Source: Psammoneis japonica
Taxonomy: Eukaryota
Direction of reading: 5' to 3'
Assembly: GCA_008632985.1 (NCBI GenBank)
Contig: QPGO01000132.1
Span: 62,001 to 126,000 of the forward strand
DNA length: 64,000 nt
A program made the position numbers and the translations under genes. Shown here piece by piece: positions 38,080 through 50,788 of this stretch. The notes under the pieces are model-generated. The model had not been told where the DNA came from. It searched no databases and saw only the letters and a program-made list of their open reading frames with translations. How positions within the stretch are numbered: position 1 is the stretch's first letter; each line of letters begins with the position of its first letter.

Positions 38080-41000
38080 GAGATCATCCTCAACAATTGA
38101 GCGTGAGCATGCAGAAAGAGGGGATTTCCAACACTTGCAGCCCACACAGTTGTGCAACAAAGGAACGTTGACAGTGACAAGCACTTCAAGCTCACCTTTG
38201 AAGAATTTGTCCTGTCTTGTGTTGAGAACAACTTGATGAGCACATTGGACATGCACGGCATTGACAGCATGCCATGTTTCGACATTGCCAATGGTGATCA
38301 CTGCACCACAAACTTGTGACACTCAATGGGCAAAAACTTCTAAGTCCCTGCAAGTGCACTGTCAGACCCCTCACTGACACACACATGAGTGGTCAAGAAG
38401 ATGGCCACAGCACAAGGCATCAAAGGTTTTGATTTTGCAGGCAAGTGTGGAAACAACCTGCATGATGCTGATTGGGCCACAGGAGTGGCAGATGACAAAA
38501 GCTGCAAAGATGAAAGTGACAACAAAGAAAAAAAGCAAGCCAATGAAGATGAAACCAAAAATGTTGTGAAAAGATCCTGGCCAGTAGAAGATCCAGCCCT
38601 GATCAACAGCATGAGAACCAAGAAGCTGAGGAAGAGGGCTGGGCAAGCCAAAAAAGACAAGTGTGGCAAGCGGTCAGAAGAAGACAATGAAACCCAAGAA
38701 GGCACAAGATGGGGTGGAAGAGAAAGAAACTGGGGAAGAGGCAAGAGCCACATCTGCCAGAACAAAAAAAAAGATCCAACTTTCAAGTGCTGTCACTCCT
38801 TTGCCAGCTGCATGCCAGCACAGGCTGACCCACACTTCCAGTGCATGCACTGCAACAGTGCAGCAGAAGCCGGCATGGACTGGCTGGGATGGGCATCACC
38901 AGAAGGTGACACCCCACCAAAATGACTGAGAAGGAACAATTTGCACCTGGAATTGCGTGTTGGTGACAGCCACAGAAGGCACCCCACAGATGCAAAGGAC
39001 AGTCACATGTGCTTCCAAAACCAATGCTCATTTGAGTTCCAAAGCCACTCATTCTTGCACCAAGGAGAGCTGCGCTCACAAGAACATCACGGCCACTCAA
39101 AGGAGCAGTGAACTGGGACAGCTGGCATGCAAAGGAAAGATTGCACAGGACTTGGAGGTGTGCAGCTGGGAGCCTTGAAGGCAAGATGGGCAGGTCATCA
39201 GAAAAAATGTTCATCACATGTGGAAACAATGCCAGACATCATGCAGAAATGCCAACACATGCATCAAACAGAAAACAATCAACTGACACCAAAGGATGAC
39301 TCTTGTTCTTGCAGGAAAAGGCCACAACAGAGGAGAGTTGCTTTCACCCCAAAGAGCAAAAAACTTCGTTGAACAACAGAAAGAAGAAGTGGCATTGAAG
39401 ACCAATTGGCAGGAACAGAAGATGACCAGAGAAGTGCAATGTTGATCGTCAATGGCAACATTTGTCACATGCAGAAACAATGCCAGATGTCACACAGAAA
39501 TGCCAATGCACGTGGCAAACAAATGACAATCACTTGACACCAAAGGATGGCTCTCATTCTTGCTCTAAAAAAGCCACAACAGGGGAGCTGCTTTCACCCC
39601 AAAGAGCAAAAGACTTGGTTGAACAACAGAGCAAAGAAGTGGCATTAAAGACCAATTGGCAGGGGCAGAAGATGACCAGAGATGTGTCACACAGATCCTC
39701 AGCGGTTTCTGCAGAGATGGCAGAATTTGCACTGGAGCCTGTGCAGCAAAGTTTCTAAGATGACAGAAAATTGTGAGAAACAACAACACCACCAGCATCA
39801 TGCAAACCACAACAAGGCTTTGACACCCATCATTTTCCACTGAAGAACATTGCTTGTGATGCTGCAATGATGTTGCGCCAGCGGCAAACCATCTGAGAAG
39901 GGTGACATCAGCACAAGAAGTCACACAGAAATCCATTTGGAAGAAGCTGTGAATGTGCAGCTGACATCAAAAAGCATCAGCCAGAACAATCAGGTCTGGC
40001 AGATCCTTTGATGCTGAAGCACACATTCAGAAACACAAAAAAGCATGCTGAGAAAAGAAAGCTCAGTTTGCAGCAGGAGTGGCAGACAGCGCAAAAGAGA
40101 AGCTCAAACAAAACAGACTCAAATGCTGCTGCCATTTGCAAATGAATGTGAGCCCCAATCCAAAGGATGACATCAAGTGCGGGGTTGCTGATGTGGAAAC
40201 AGCAATGGTGCTGCTGGCGCAAGCAGTGATGTGCAAGATTGACAACCAAATCTGACCAGGAAAGGGCACCTTGGCACTTTTTTTTTTCAGCAACATTTGC
40301 TGCATGAAAGCCCAAAAGCATTTGGCTGGAAGGGGCATGTGATGACTCAGAGAAGGAGAGCAAGCAACTCTGTGACTGGGTGTGCTTTGCACCAATGTCA
40401 ATTGAAGACACAACTCCAACTGAGTGGGTGAAAGCTGTGATTGCTTCAGTGTTTCTGACAAAAGGGCAAATGGTTTGCAGTGGAAAACCAGCCAGACAAC
40501 AGCCAGACAAGGATGAGTCAGCCAGCTCAATGGCATTGTTGGAAGGAATGCCAATGACAGCCATTGTCAATGCTGTGGAAGAGCATGATGTGATGAGCGC
40601 TGGCACGCAAATTGCATTCATGCAGACATCAGACATTGACCGCCCAGAACCCAAGGAGGGTGAAGACCAGATCATGACAAGAAAGACTGCAGGAGTGTTG
40701 CTCAACATGCTGGTGGGCATTGATCCCAACCCACATGGGCCATTTGTGGTCATGGCAAAGGTGAAAAGAGTTCTCTGCATCTAAGTCACTGGAGCTGCAC
40801 ATGACATGCTGGTTGCAGCTCTGCTGTGACACAAACAACTTGGCAAGGACTTGGAGAAAATTTTGCTCAAATTCAACCCACATGATCTGTGCATTGCCAA
40901 TCAATCAGTCAATGGCAAGCAGCACACTGTGCATTTCCATGTGAACAACCTGCTGCCAAGCCACATGAGCCCAAAAGCAAAGACAAGCTCTCAAGCTGGC

Positions 41001-41600
41001 TTGACAAGACATGTGTGGAAGCCACAGCAAAGCTGCCACAACACAAGGAAAGAAGCACAAGAACTGCCTTGGATGGTTGTCCTGGACTTTGGTCACAAGG
41101 ACAAAGTGAAAGTTGACATGACTGACTGCTGCACTTGCAAGATGGTTTGTCAGTTCCAGGAAAAAATCAAGAACACAGAGGATGCTGCCATGATGCCAAC
41201 TGGAGAGGATCCATTTGACCCTGGCAGCGCGAGACTGCTGACCAACAAGAAAGCAAAGACATTGCATGCATGGGTGGCCAAGGGACCATTTGCATCTAAG
41301 AGAGGCTCCTGCATGGATGTGCGCCCCACTGTCACAGCTTCATGCACACAAGTCATGGAGCCCAGCACCAACAAGGGCTGGGAAAAACCAGTCTGTGTTG
41401 CATCAAGTGTTTGAACTGGACATGAAATGAAGTTGCTGTGCTGAGCACAAAGAGGGCCTCTGAGCAAACACCGCTGAGTTGTGGCTGCAGGCAACAGAGC
41501 AGTGCAGGCAACGTCAAAGTGCATCAAAAGCTCAACACCCAGAGCAGCACAGAGGCTGAACTCACAGGAGCCAACAACACAATGACCATGACTTCATTGA
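38080..41600 (+). mobile_element. Degenerate Ty1/copia (CoDi-like) pol: integrase tail 38080-38560, RT/RNase H ~39960-41600, interrupted by another element
   Basis: QRNVDSDKHFKLTF, LHDADWATGV, KGQMVCSGKP, FNPHDLCIAN..VNGKQHTVHFHVNN, HAWVAKGPFASKR, QKLNTQSSTEAEL. Confidence 0.88.
39205..39686 (+). repeat. Tandem ~230-250-bp duplication
   Basis: Copies at ~39205-39436 and ~39457-39686 (…gaaacaatgccaga…gaccaattggcagg…gaagatgaccagaga). Confidence 0.9.
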
Positions 41601-43026
41601 TCAAGGGGCACAGTTCAATGGGGGGAACTCACAAAAGCATTGAACAGTGGAGCACAGAAGCTTCCCAGTGTGTGTCCACTGCCATGCCAATGTGTTCCTT
41701 TTGCAATGATTGGGCTGCATCATTTGAACTGAATTGCGTGCCAGTGAGAGTGCACCCTTGACCAAGGAACATTGGCAAATTCTTGGAAGCCAAGCCAAAA
41801 GACAATGCAAAGCATTTTGTTGTCACTTCAGACAGCACAACAACATCAGCAAATGCAGCCACAAATGACAAAGAAGCAATTGGATCCAGAAGCAACAAGA
41901 AGCTGCAGTTGGCCCCAGACAAACAACATGGCATTGAAGGGTTGAGTGAGCTGTTGATGATGGTGAGTTGCCCCACCTGCAGCATGGATTCATTTGAGGT
42001 TTGTGGTCTCCTCATCTCCACTCAAGCAAAAAATCAAACCACTCACAGTGACTTGCAACCACCTGGACAGCATGGCAAAGCAGTGCCTGCCTGTGCACAA
42101 CAGACCTGTTGATGGAGAAGGCAAAAAGCCACCATCCTCAATGTGCTGCATTGTTGGGAAGCAGCACTTGTGTGTCAAAAAACACTGCCATCAAAATCAC
42201 CATCATGGCCATCAGCAGTGACTTCTGCTCCTGCAAAAAGCACCACAGAGCAGTGCCAGAAAATGATGCCAAACCACCCAGTGGTTCTCTGTGCACAGAT
42301 GAGTGCCAAGAGCCCCACAGAATTGACAAGCCATGACACACATGGCTCAGGCCAAGGTGCATGCTGCTGGAAGCATGTGTGCAATTTGCACTGCCAAATT
42401 TCACAGAAAAATGAGGCTCACAATGAACAAGATGGCAGCAGTGTGAATGAGCTGCTGAAACAAAGCATGCGCACATTGTGCCAAATGGACTTTGCTGCAT
42501 TGACTGATGTGATGTCATGGACATCTCATCATCTTCTGCATTTTTGCCAACAATCTGTCATGTCATTTTTGGCTCACTGCAAAACTGCACTTGATGGTTT
42601 GGGGAGCTGATTGTGTGCATGCATGGTTTCATGTGGCAAACCACTGCATGGTTTGTGGCAGGAGTGGGGTTGTGAAGAAGCTCAACACCAGCTGCGCTGA
42701 AGACAAAGCGAGTCATCTTGTGGACTCTCATGGCATTTTCCTTTGTCCGCAGTGGCACCAATCAAGCAAGGTCCAAGCTGGAATGGACTTGCCACTAAAA
42801 AATGTTGGAGTTCTTTGAGTTGACTCCTCCCAAGACAGTCAACAGTTGGATCATGGACCTGCTTGTTGGTCCATGCTGCAGAATCCTGTTGAAGAGGATC
42901 CATTGTGCCTGTGTGGAGCATTCTGTGGAGAATGTCTGAAGGACAACAGACTGTTCAATGATGTGGTTGATTTCTCCAACAAGGAACAGCATGCCCATTG
43001 GCACATTTTTCAGTGTTGCAATGGCA

Positions 43027-43594
43027 GACGTGTTCCAGTCCCAGGTGACACGCAAAACGACAATCGATTTTGAATGTAAATTATGTATCTATAAGTGTAT
43101 GGAGCATTTTCATATAAAATACTTAAGCGAATTGGCTTTTATAGGCGTCTAGAGTATGCATAATTATGAAGAATTAAATAGTTTTTTGTGGGGTATCAAA
43201 TTCCTCATGGAATATGTATCATAAACTTCCTCAGTAGACTCAATACTGATTGTACGTCCTTACTCTTTATACGAAAATTTCTTTGTAAGTAGCAAATATA
43301 CGAAACATCATCGTAGAAAGATATATTTAGTTAACATCCAAATAACGGCAATAATTTCGCCGAAAATCATCCGTTGTGTTACGATTCGTTTATCGCAATG
43401 AAAAACATTGATGGCACAATAACAATGATTTTGCAACACTCACACGAGTCTTGTTAGTGTTGCAAAACAATAGAATTTGAATAAATCTATACTTTTGGTG
43501 GTGAAAAACCGTTCGTAAGTCAGAGACCGCGCAAAAATCGCGCAAACATGTCGTTTTTGTGCACGATTTGGGTCACGTGCGGCTGGAACACGTC
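43027..43594. mobile_element. 568-bp non-autonomous DNA transposon (MITE) with ~23-bp TIRs and a 4-bp TSD (GGCA)
   Basis: Left end GACGTGTTCCAGTCCCAGGTGAC; reverse complement of right end GACGTGTTCCAGCCGCACGTGAC. GGCA at 43023-43026 and 43595-43598. AT-rich non-coding interior. Confidence 0.88.
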
Positions 43595-45158
43595 GGCAGA
43601 TGTGGCTGATGTCAATCTAGTTGCTGTTTCAGAGGGACCCAGACGCAGACCTCAAGGCTGTTGGTCCAAATTTTAAAACATTGATCATGCAAGTGGCAGG
43701 AGTGCATTGGAGCATTTAGATCACAGGCATTGCAAGGTGCTTGGATGTCATGTTGAAGGAAAGAGATGCTTTGTTTCCTGACATGGTTTGCTGGGTGACT
43801 CTCTGTGAGAAGAGCTTTGCCATCATCAGCCACTCACCTCTGTTTTTCATCTCATTGGTTGGATTGAATCATTTGGTTCATTTGATTGTTTGTTTTTCAG
43901 CATCAGCACGTGCCTGTCATTTTGTGAGTTTGCAGTTTACGTTGATGACTTTCAGCAACCCACAGCCATTGCAGATTGCCAAAGCAAGTGTGTCAAGTGG
44001 CAGAGCAGGAAGCCCAAAAGGACTCCCTTTTGGTGACATTGACTTGCTGACTCAACAGGACTGCAGAGGAGGAGCTCTCCAAGCATGCCAGTGGAAAGCA
44101 TTGGAGCACAATCAAGAAGAGGTTTGGCTTCACACAATTGGTAGCAGCCAGCATGCCACCTGGACTTGATGGTGCAATGTTTCATGTGCTGGTGGTCAGG
44201 GACAGAAGCAAAGCCAGGAATTTGGAGCTGGAGCAGTGCACTCTTTGGCGCTGCATTTCCAACTGCAGCGGACAATGCAGAGAGTGCACACTGCACAGCA
44301 GACAAGCCAATGAGTGTGTTGTCTCCTGTGTGCACCACCAGCACCAACGACATTGTGTTTTTGTGGGAGGCAATGAAAGAAGGTGATGTGAGCAGCACAT
44401 CTCCATGTGCTGAGCATTGGCAAACAAGCCACATTGTGTGAACATCACAACGAATCCAGCTGCCCTGCTGAGGAAGAGTGCAAATGTGGTGGCGTGCGTG
44501 CTGTCAAGAAAGCCAAGAAGTGGCAGACAAGTGACCCAAGTCACATGTGCAGGCCTGCAACCATGATTTGGCTGGCAGCAAGAACACCACCAAGTTTGTT
44601 CTGGGGGGGGGGGGGCAGCAGCACAAAGCTTGTGGTGCTCTCATTCCATGAGGTTAAATGTGAAGCTTGCGATGTCCACAATGCAGGTGCCGGAGGCAGG
44701 CAGGCAGCGCAGGACGAGGAGATACACATCCGCCGGAAACTGATAGATATCGCAGTCATAAGTATATCTAATTGCCCCCAAATGTCCGAGGCTTAGCTAT
44801 GATATATTCATCATTGAATTACTATCATTCAAAATTTATAAGATTTCAAAACACCGGCACTTCTACCCTTCCGATACAAAGATTTAATATGTACTAAGAG
44901 GATTTAGGTATCATATCGACGTTACTATCAAGGATTATTTGTCCGTTGCGGTGAAAACCCCGCGTAAAATTTGGTACTGTATGTACGAAAGTTACGAGCG
45001 GTCACAGACTTGTGAAATCATCCAAGAAGTAATCATCAAAAAATAAGTTGTCGACGTTCGTGCCAAATATGCCCATGGCGGAAGGTGTGTTTGCAGAACG
45101 CTTTAGAACAAAACACCACATAGTGATACTTGATACATAGAGTGCTTGATATCATAGC

Positions 45159-46428
45159 ATGTCGGTTCGACACAAGGAGAAGTAAGTGTGTGTATAATCT
45201 GACAATGGCTGCTGTTGAATTGTTGAAGCATCGTAATGACTCGTACCTAACCGCTTCTCAACGCTTCAAACGCAAGACCCATTGAGCTGGAAGTCAATAA
45301 TGTGTTTGCCAACTCCGCCATGACCTCACCACCGGAAGCGTTGACGCCATCGCCGGAAGCGTTGACTCCATCACCGGAACCGTTGACCTCATCACCGGAA
45401 CCACGGTGTATCACCACACCCGGTGGGTTTTTGGTGAATTTAATGGCGATTATTCCAAGGAGATCAGTTATCGCTATCAGGTGGAAACCGTTCCACAAGA
45501 AGAGTTGGAACCAGAAATCGTTTCAAGAGTCGAGACTGCTGTTTTGGATTCGCTATTACCAGAGCTTTTCGAAGGTGAATGTATTTCAGATGCAAAGAGA
45601 TCAATACGAAGAAGAAGACTTGAGTTGATCGGGGCTAGTGTACAGCCACCTGATCGACAGATGGTGGGAGGTGAGGAACAAAGAACGTTATCTTGCAGAT
45701 TGAAGCTCGCGAGGTGTAACTTATGATTCACCTATATGTATATTTTTCTTTTTTGTAGTTGATTGTGAGGGCGAACTATCGGAAGGTAACAGTTGCTTCG
45801 TCATGGATGGGAAGTTAACTCTGTTTGGGGACGATCCGGGGGAACTCGTTGGGCTTGTTGAACCTTCTCGTGATGTTATCCGAGAACGCATGAATAGTGG
45901 GGCTTACAATGGTGCACATTGGCGAGTCATTAACATATCCTTTCGTAACGACCTAGACGCCACTAGCAATAGTGGGGCCTTGTCCACAAAAGGAGGGGAT
46001 AGTGGCGATTCGTCCAACAGCAGCGGAGTACCAACGTATGGTTGGGTATTCGTTGCCCTTGTTCCTGCAGTTCTTTGCATGGGATTGCTTTATTGGAGGC
46101 ATCGTCGGGATAAAGAAAACGACAAGAAGAAGAGATGGGTGGTTTTCCGGTTGCAGTGTCAAGTGAAGAGGTTGAATCTTACCGTGATTCACACGAAGAT
46201 CCAGTGGTTGGACTTACCGTGAATACCCCAGAAGTGACGGACAAGAGCGCGCCACGCATGGCTCCCTCCTCTTTTTCAGATGATGATCTTGGTAGCCCCA
46301 ACAGCAGCAGCCCGGATCGGGGAATCGGTATTGCCAGCCGACAGTCGCGTTCTCTCAATGAAGATTACCTTGCTGGGATGCAATCAATGAGCGAACCAGA
46401 TGAGTGGGAGCCACACGAGTTGACTTGA
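45159..46428 (+). CDS. Hypothetical single-pass membrane protein, spliced and frameshifted, with a 21-bp (TPSPEAL)x4 repeat at ~45321-45402
   Basis: Chain of ORFs joined by GT-AG introns or indels. TM segment YGWVFVALVPAVLCMGLLYW followed by basic residues. Confidence 0.6.
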
Positions 46429-46894
46429 TTAGTTTGATCTGAAGCGCAAGGTTGGGGTATTTGTCGCATGAAGAATTCATCAAGTCCATAAACGAAATTC
46501 ATGTCGATCTTGAGGTTAAAGTAGCAAGATGTAGATGAGCAGTTGAATTTATATCTCCTATTGTCGTACTTGGGCTCGTTCGGGTGAGTGCCAATACAGT
46601 AGTGTAGTGGGCGGAGACGACGTATTTTTTTTATGCGAGATTTGTTGGATACAACATCTCTACCGGTACTAAACTCTGTGCGGTTGCGGTACCGTACACT
46701 TGACCATCGAAGGATCTTTGGCAATTTTCTGTTGCCCGTTGTGTGGGAGGTGCGCTTAGCATCTATCAGAGGTGTTGAAAATGCAGCTTCTACTCTGTCG
46801 AGCAATCAAGCATGAGTACACTATGATAAGGGTAGGCTATGTTATACTAGTGACGCTGTCGAGATGATCTAAGGTAAGTTTACAGTGGCAGAAT

Positions 46895-48542
46895 TTATAG
46901 CTCAGGGCCAATGTTCAATGCTCCCAACTTCTTCAAGTATCGTGAGAGTGGGTGGTTCTCTCCCTGATGTTGAATGGCAAGGTACAGCGGCGAACCTCCC
47001 TTTCCATGATTACTTCGCTCATTCACGTCGGCGCCGTAGCTCAAGAGCGTTTTGACGGCCTTCTTGTGCCCCGCACGAGCAGCCTCGTGAATTGGTTTCC
47101 ACCCATTTCGATCCTTGGCATGAAGAAAGCTTTCATTCTCCTTGGCAAGGCGTTCCAGAGTCTCAACATCTCCATAAGCGGCAGCCTTGTGTCCTTCGCC
47201 TAGCTCATATTGAGTTGCGGTCGGTCCAGGGTTCTTCCATCCACCAGGGTTGCGCTTCCTCCAGTAGGCTTCTTCTGGCGTGCCCCTGACAATGTACGGG
47301 GGTAGATCTCGGTCCACATAGTCCGGAATATCAGGACGGTTACTCTTCCCCGTCGGAGTAAAGTGAATAAAGATGTTAGCTGTAGGCAAGCAATAAACAA
47401 TGACGTAAGTAATATAAAACAAGAAGGAAACAAAGAAAATGAGGTGAGTGCATCGATATTCTTACCAAAGTACTTTCCCTTGAGCGGGAAGGGACGACCA
47501 TGAATGAGAGAGTGCGATTCGTATAGCACCTGAAAATAAAATTCACAAACATGAGCACAAGAATACTACAGCTCTGAATTGCACACAAGGCGTTTTACTT
47601 ACCATATCGCCAGGAGCCATCGTGACATTGACCGCTTTTCCCTCTCGATCTGAAAATATTATACAACCGTAAAGGTCAGCACAAGAATACCTTTGAATTT
47701 GCAATAACAAGACGTTTTACTTACCATACACTTCAAGCGGCCAATCTTCCTCAACATCCTGCGCAACATTAATGATACAGCTGCTAACCAACGGGATCCT
47801 ATCAACGTGCGGACTAAGAATGGCGCCTTCGGTGTACACGCGAATTCCGTATTGGCTTGCGGGCTCAAGCTCCATGCCCGTCCACTCTTCAATCGTTGGC
47901 TTGACAGCGTTCCAAATATCATTCTTGAGGCCAACACCACCGCCACGAAGCGAAGTGTCTTCCACGCTCACCATGAGCGTGGGACTCTTCCAGTGATTAG
48001 TATAAGTGTTTCCAGTTCCCCACTGTTCGACCTTTTGACTGTCTTTGTGCTCTTCCCAGTGACCGGAAAGAAGTTTCATGACTGCCTCTGGAGCACGGAT
48101 CTTCATAAAGCCAGTTTCTGTGTAATTCTGCCAGAACGAAACGTCATTGTGAGCAACAACAAAGCAACAACCGAGAGCACACTGATGAGAATATAACTTC
48201 CTACAAAAAAAGACGTACCCTCATGGACTGTGTTTGCCTCACGCTCATGGCGAGCCTCTCCTCTTCGGTAACATCACAAATGTGACCTCGGTCGCCGTAG
48301 CGAGCCCTGCATCCATCCATAAATTCCTTGTAGAGCGCCTCCTTGTTACCAAGAGTCTGAACAGGCATGCCTTCATACTCCTTGGGAACGGGATGATTCT
48401 TGGGGTCCACGTTATGTGGAAGCCAGGCATAGTTTGTCGAAAGACCGTGATGGATCGGAAACGAAACATCAACGCCATAACGTTCGTCTGCGTGGACGAC
48501 ACGAAGAAGCAGCGCTGCTGCAAAGAGACCAAGCTTCATCAT
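46895..48542 (-). CDS. Secreted 2OG-Fe(II) oxygenase-like protein with C-terminal ankyrin repeats; about 5 exons
   Basis: Signal peptide. YGIRVY..LSPHVDR (HxD), LYESHSLIHGRP (distal H). Ankyrin motif GWKPIHEAARAGH...GADVN. Confidence 0.8.
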
Positions 48543-48911
48543 TTCTCTGGTTTGTAGTTATACAGTATTGTCGTTCAACGGCGTCCTGTGCTGTTGTTGG
48601 TTATTTGTGTCGGTTCAACGGCGTCCTGTGTTGTTGGTTTGTGTGAAGAACAAAACGTGACAGTCATCGAGTGATCGAGTGAGGGTTCGTGTTCGTGCCG
48701 CCCTGGGTGTTCTCATTTTGTCCCCACGTAGAATCCTACATACGTGTTGGCTACATATCTTCGTTGGTACGCGAGCTTTTTGGAGAGTAAAATACTTATG
48801 TAGCTAGAAGCGAGCCACGTACAGACACCCATTTAGGATTGCGGTTAGGTTAGGTTCGTTCGTTCATCAGTAGATTGCACAAAACCCCATTTACTAGCTT
48901 TTAAAGTCTGC

Positions 48912-50362
48912 TTAGCTAAAGATGTATGAGATTGCAATGTATCCGAGAATCATGGCATAAAACCCAAACGAGGAATTCTTGTTACTTTCCGGTCCAAGCT
49001 GCTGCACAGCCTTTGCAACATTGGCATTCGAGCTTTGCAAGCGTTCCTGCAGTTCCTTGATTTTTCCAGTGGGCGTGGCACGTGTCAAGGGAACCGCCGA
49101 CGCATTGGTAGGCACTGCTCCGCCGCCACCCGCCGCGAGACGATTTCCGCCACCACCCGCTTGAACGTTTTGAATCCCAATTTGCACATCACGCAAAACA
49201 AGCAAAATGTCCTTGGACTGGTCCTGAAGCGCCAAGAGCAGTTGTCGGGTCTGTGCATCTAAATCCACATAGAGAAAGGCTCCTAACGACCGACAGCCAT
49301 TTAAAAATGCTGGAAAGAGAGAATGCATCAGCCACACCACCTCGTACTCTGTCGATTGCGGAAACGCCCACGTCGGCAGTGGGTTGCTTTGCGCGGATAT
49401 GAGAGCAATCTCCACAACAAGCATCACAACCAATCCTGTAAACACCCAGTTACGAGCTTCGCCACTCTTTTTGCCAAGCGTCAGCATAAAAGCCATCATG
49501 CCCCACGTCAGGTAAAACACACCACACTCAATCAAAAACTGCGTCTCATCGTAGCGCTTGTTGTTTTTGATACCGTCCTTTCCGAATTTATTGTACACCT
49601 CACGGAGTTCCATATCAAGCAAAACATCGTAGGCTTGTTTGACATTGTCGAATTCTTCCACCGCATTGGCACTGGGGTTTTTATCCGGGTGGAGTTGGAG
49701 ACTCATCTTTTTGTAGGCGCGCTTGATTTCCAAGGGGTTTGATGCGCGAGTGACACCGAGAGTAGCGTAATAGTTTGGTCCCTTGGCATGTAACTCGTAG
49801 CCTAAGCGAGAAGACAAGAGAGAAAGAGAGTAGAGTGTCAGACAGGGATAAATAAAATTGGTCCTACACAACTTCGGTACGACCAAAACCGAGGCGCCAT
49901 GCGCCATCAAAATTTGCCGCCATTACGTAGAAACATACGGGCTTTCTACGGGTAGCTTGGCCACGTGGAACCAACTTTCTGAGAAACAATGGAGACTGGG
50001 ATGGTAGCGCTTGTTCGACACCATCTCTGGTTGTTTGCAGGCTTTGAACTGACGTTCGAACCTCTAGCCCCCTTTTCTTTAGCGCTTTCGTCCGCAGATC
50101 ATGCGTTTCAGCACCGAGATTGACAGAACGACGATACGAACAGCAGCAAAGAACAAAATACCACGAGGGATGCTGTCGAACACTCACCAGTCTTGACGGC
50201 GGCAAGAGCTGCCAAGAAAGCAATCGCATACATGATGCTCTTTTTTCTCTCAAATCGACCGGGTCTCAAAATCCATGCCGTACACGGATGAACGATGAAA
50301 ACGTAAAAGAAAAATCCGGACAAACCGGAGAGGTCGTCCCCGCCATTTTCTGTTTCACTCAT
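48912..50362 (-). CDS. Membrane DnaJ-domain protein; exons 50362-50188 and 49801-48912
   Basis: NYYATLGV...IKRAYKKMSLQLHPDKN J-domain. The GT-AG intron joins in frame (TG-YEL). TM segments present. Confidence 0.9.
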
Positions 50363-50574
50363 TCTTTATTCTTTTGTTCCAAAAAATTATTCTTGTACAG
50401 GAATTATTTCCTACTACAACCAAAGGATAGCTTGCAAGACTTTTTGACGTTGTGTGTCTTTTTTGTGTCGAGCAGATGATGCAATGATGTGTTTCAACAA
50501 CGTCTTGAGCACGAAACACTCACGGAGTTGTTTTGTTGTTATTGACGTGTTCCACATGGAAGATGGAATTTCGT

Positions 50575-50586
50575 TTTCGCGCCAAA
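50575..50586 (+). promoter_or_regulatory. Candidate E2F site TTTCGCGCCAAA
   Basis: Matches the classic overlapping E2F element. Lies in the divergent DnaJ/MATH-BTB promoter and is conserved at 60918-60929. Confidence 0.55.
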
Positions 50587-50788
50587 AATCGCGCTCAAAG
50601 ACTGCGCCATTTGAACTCTCATGCGCGAATCGCTGCGCGCGCTTGTTTCAAACCGAAATCGGAAGCGACGATCGACGATCAACGATAACGACAACAACGA
50701 ACCAACGACCAAAAAGAACGACATCAAACAAACGACGTTCGGGATAATGTACCACTCATTCTTGCATATCAATCGATAAGGATACGAC

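Larger units (their letters stand above)
35520..44700. mobile_element. Large nested, hypermutated transposon graveyard (CpG/TpA-depleted), excluding the MITE at 43027-43594
   Basis: TA and CG nearly absent. Contains copia pol pieces, a possible gag knuckle (HGKMGHKFPDC, ~37770-37810) and unassigned relics. Confidence 0.85.

Noticed and set aside
48573..48626. GTTCAACGGCGTCC occurring twice here and once upstream of 5S copy 2 (35499-35512, minus)
   Set aside because: This is a short local duplication plus one 14-bp match that is not conserved in 5S copy 1. That is insufficient to call a regulatory element.
48840..48860. TTAGG TTAGG as an interstitial telomeric repeat
   Set aside because: Only two units, which is expected by chance.
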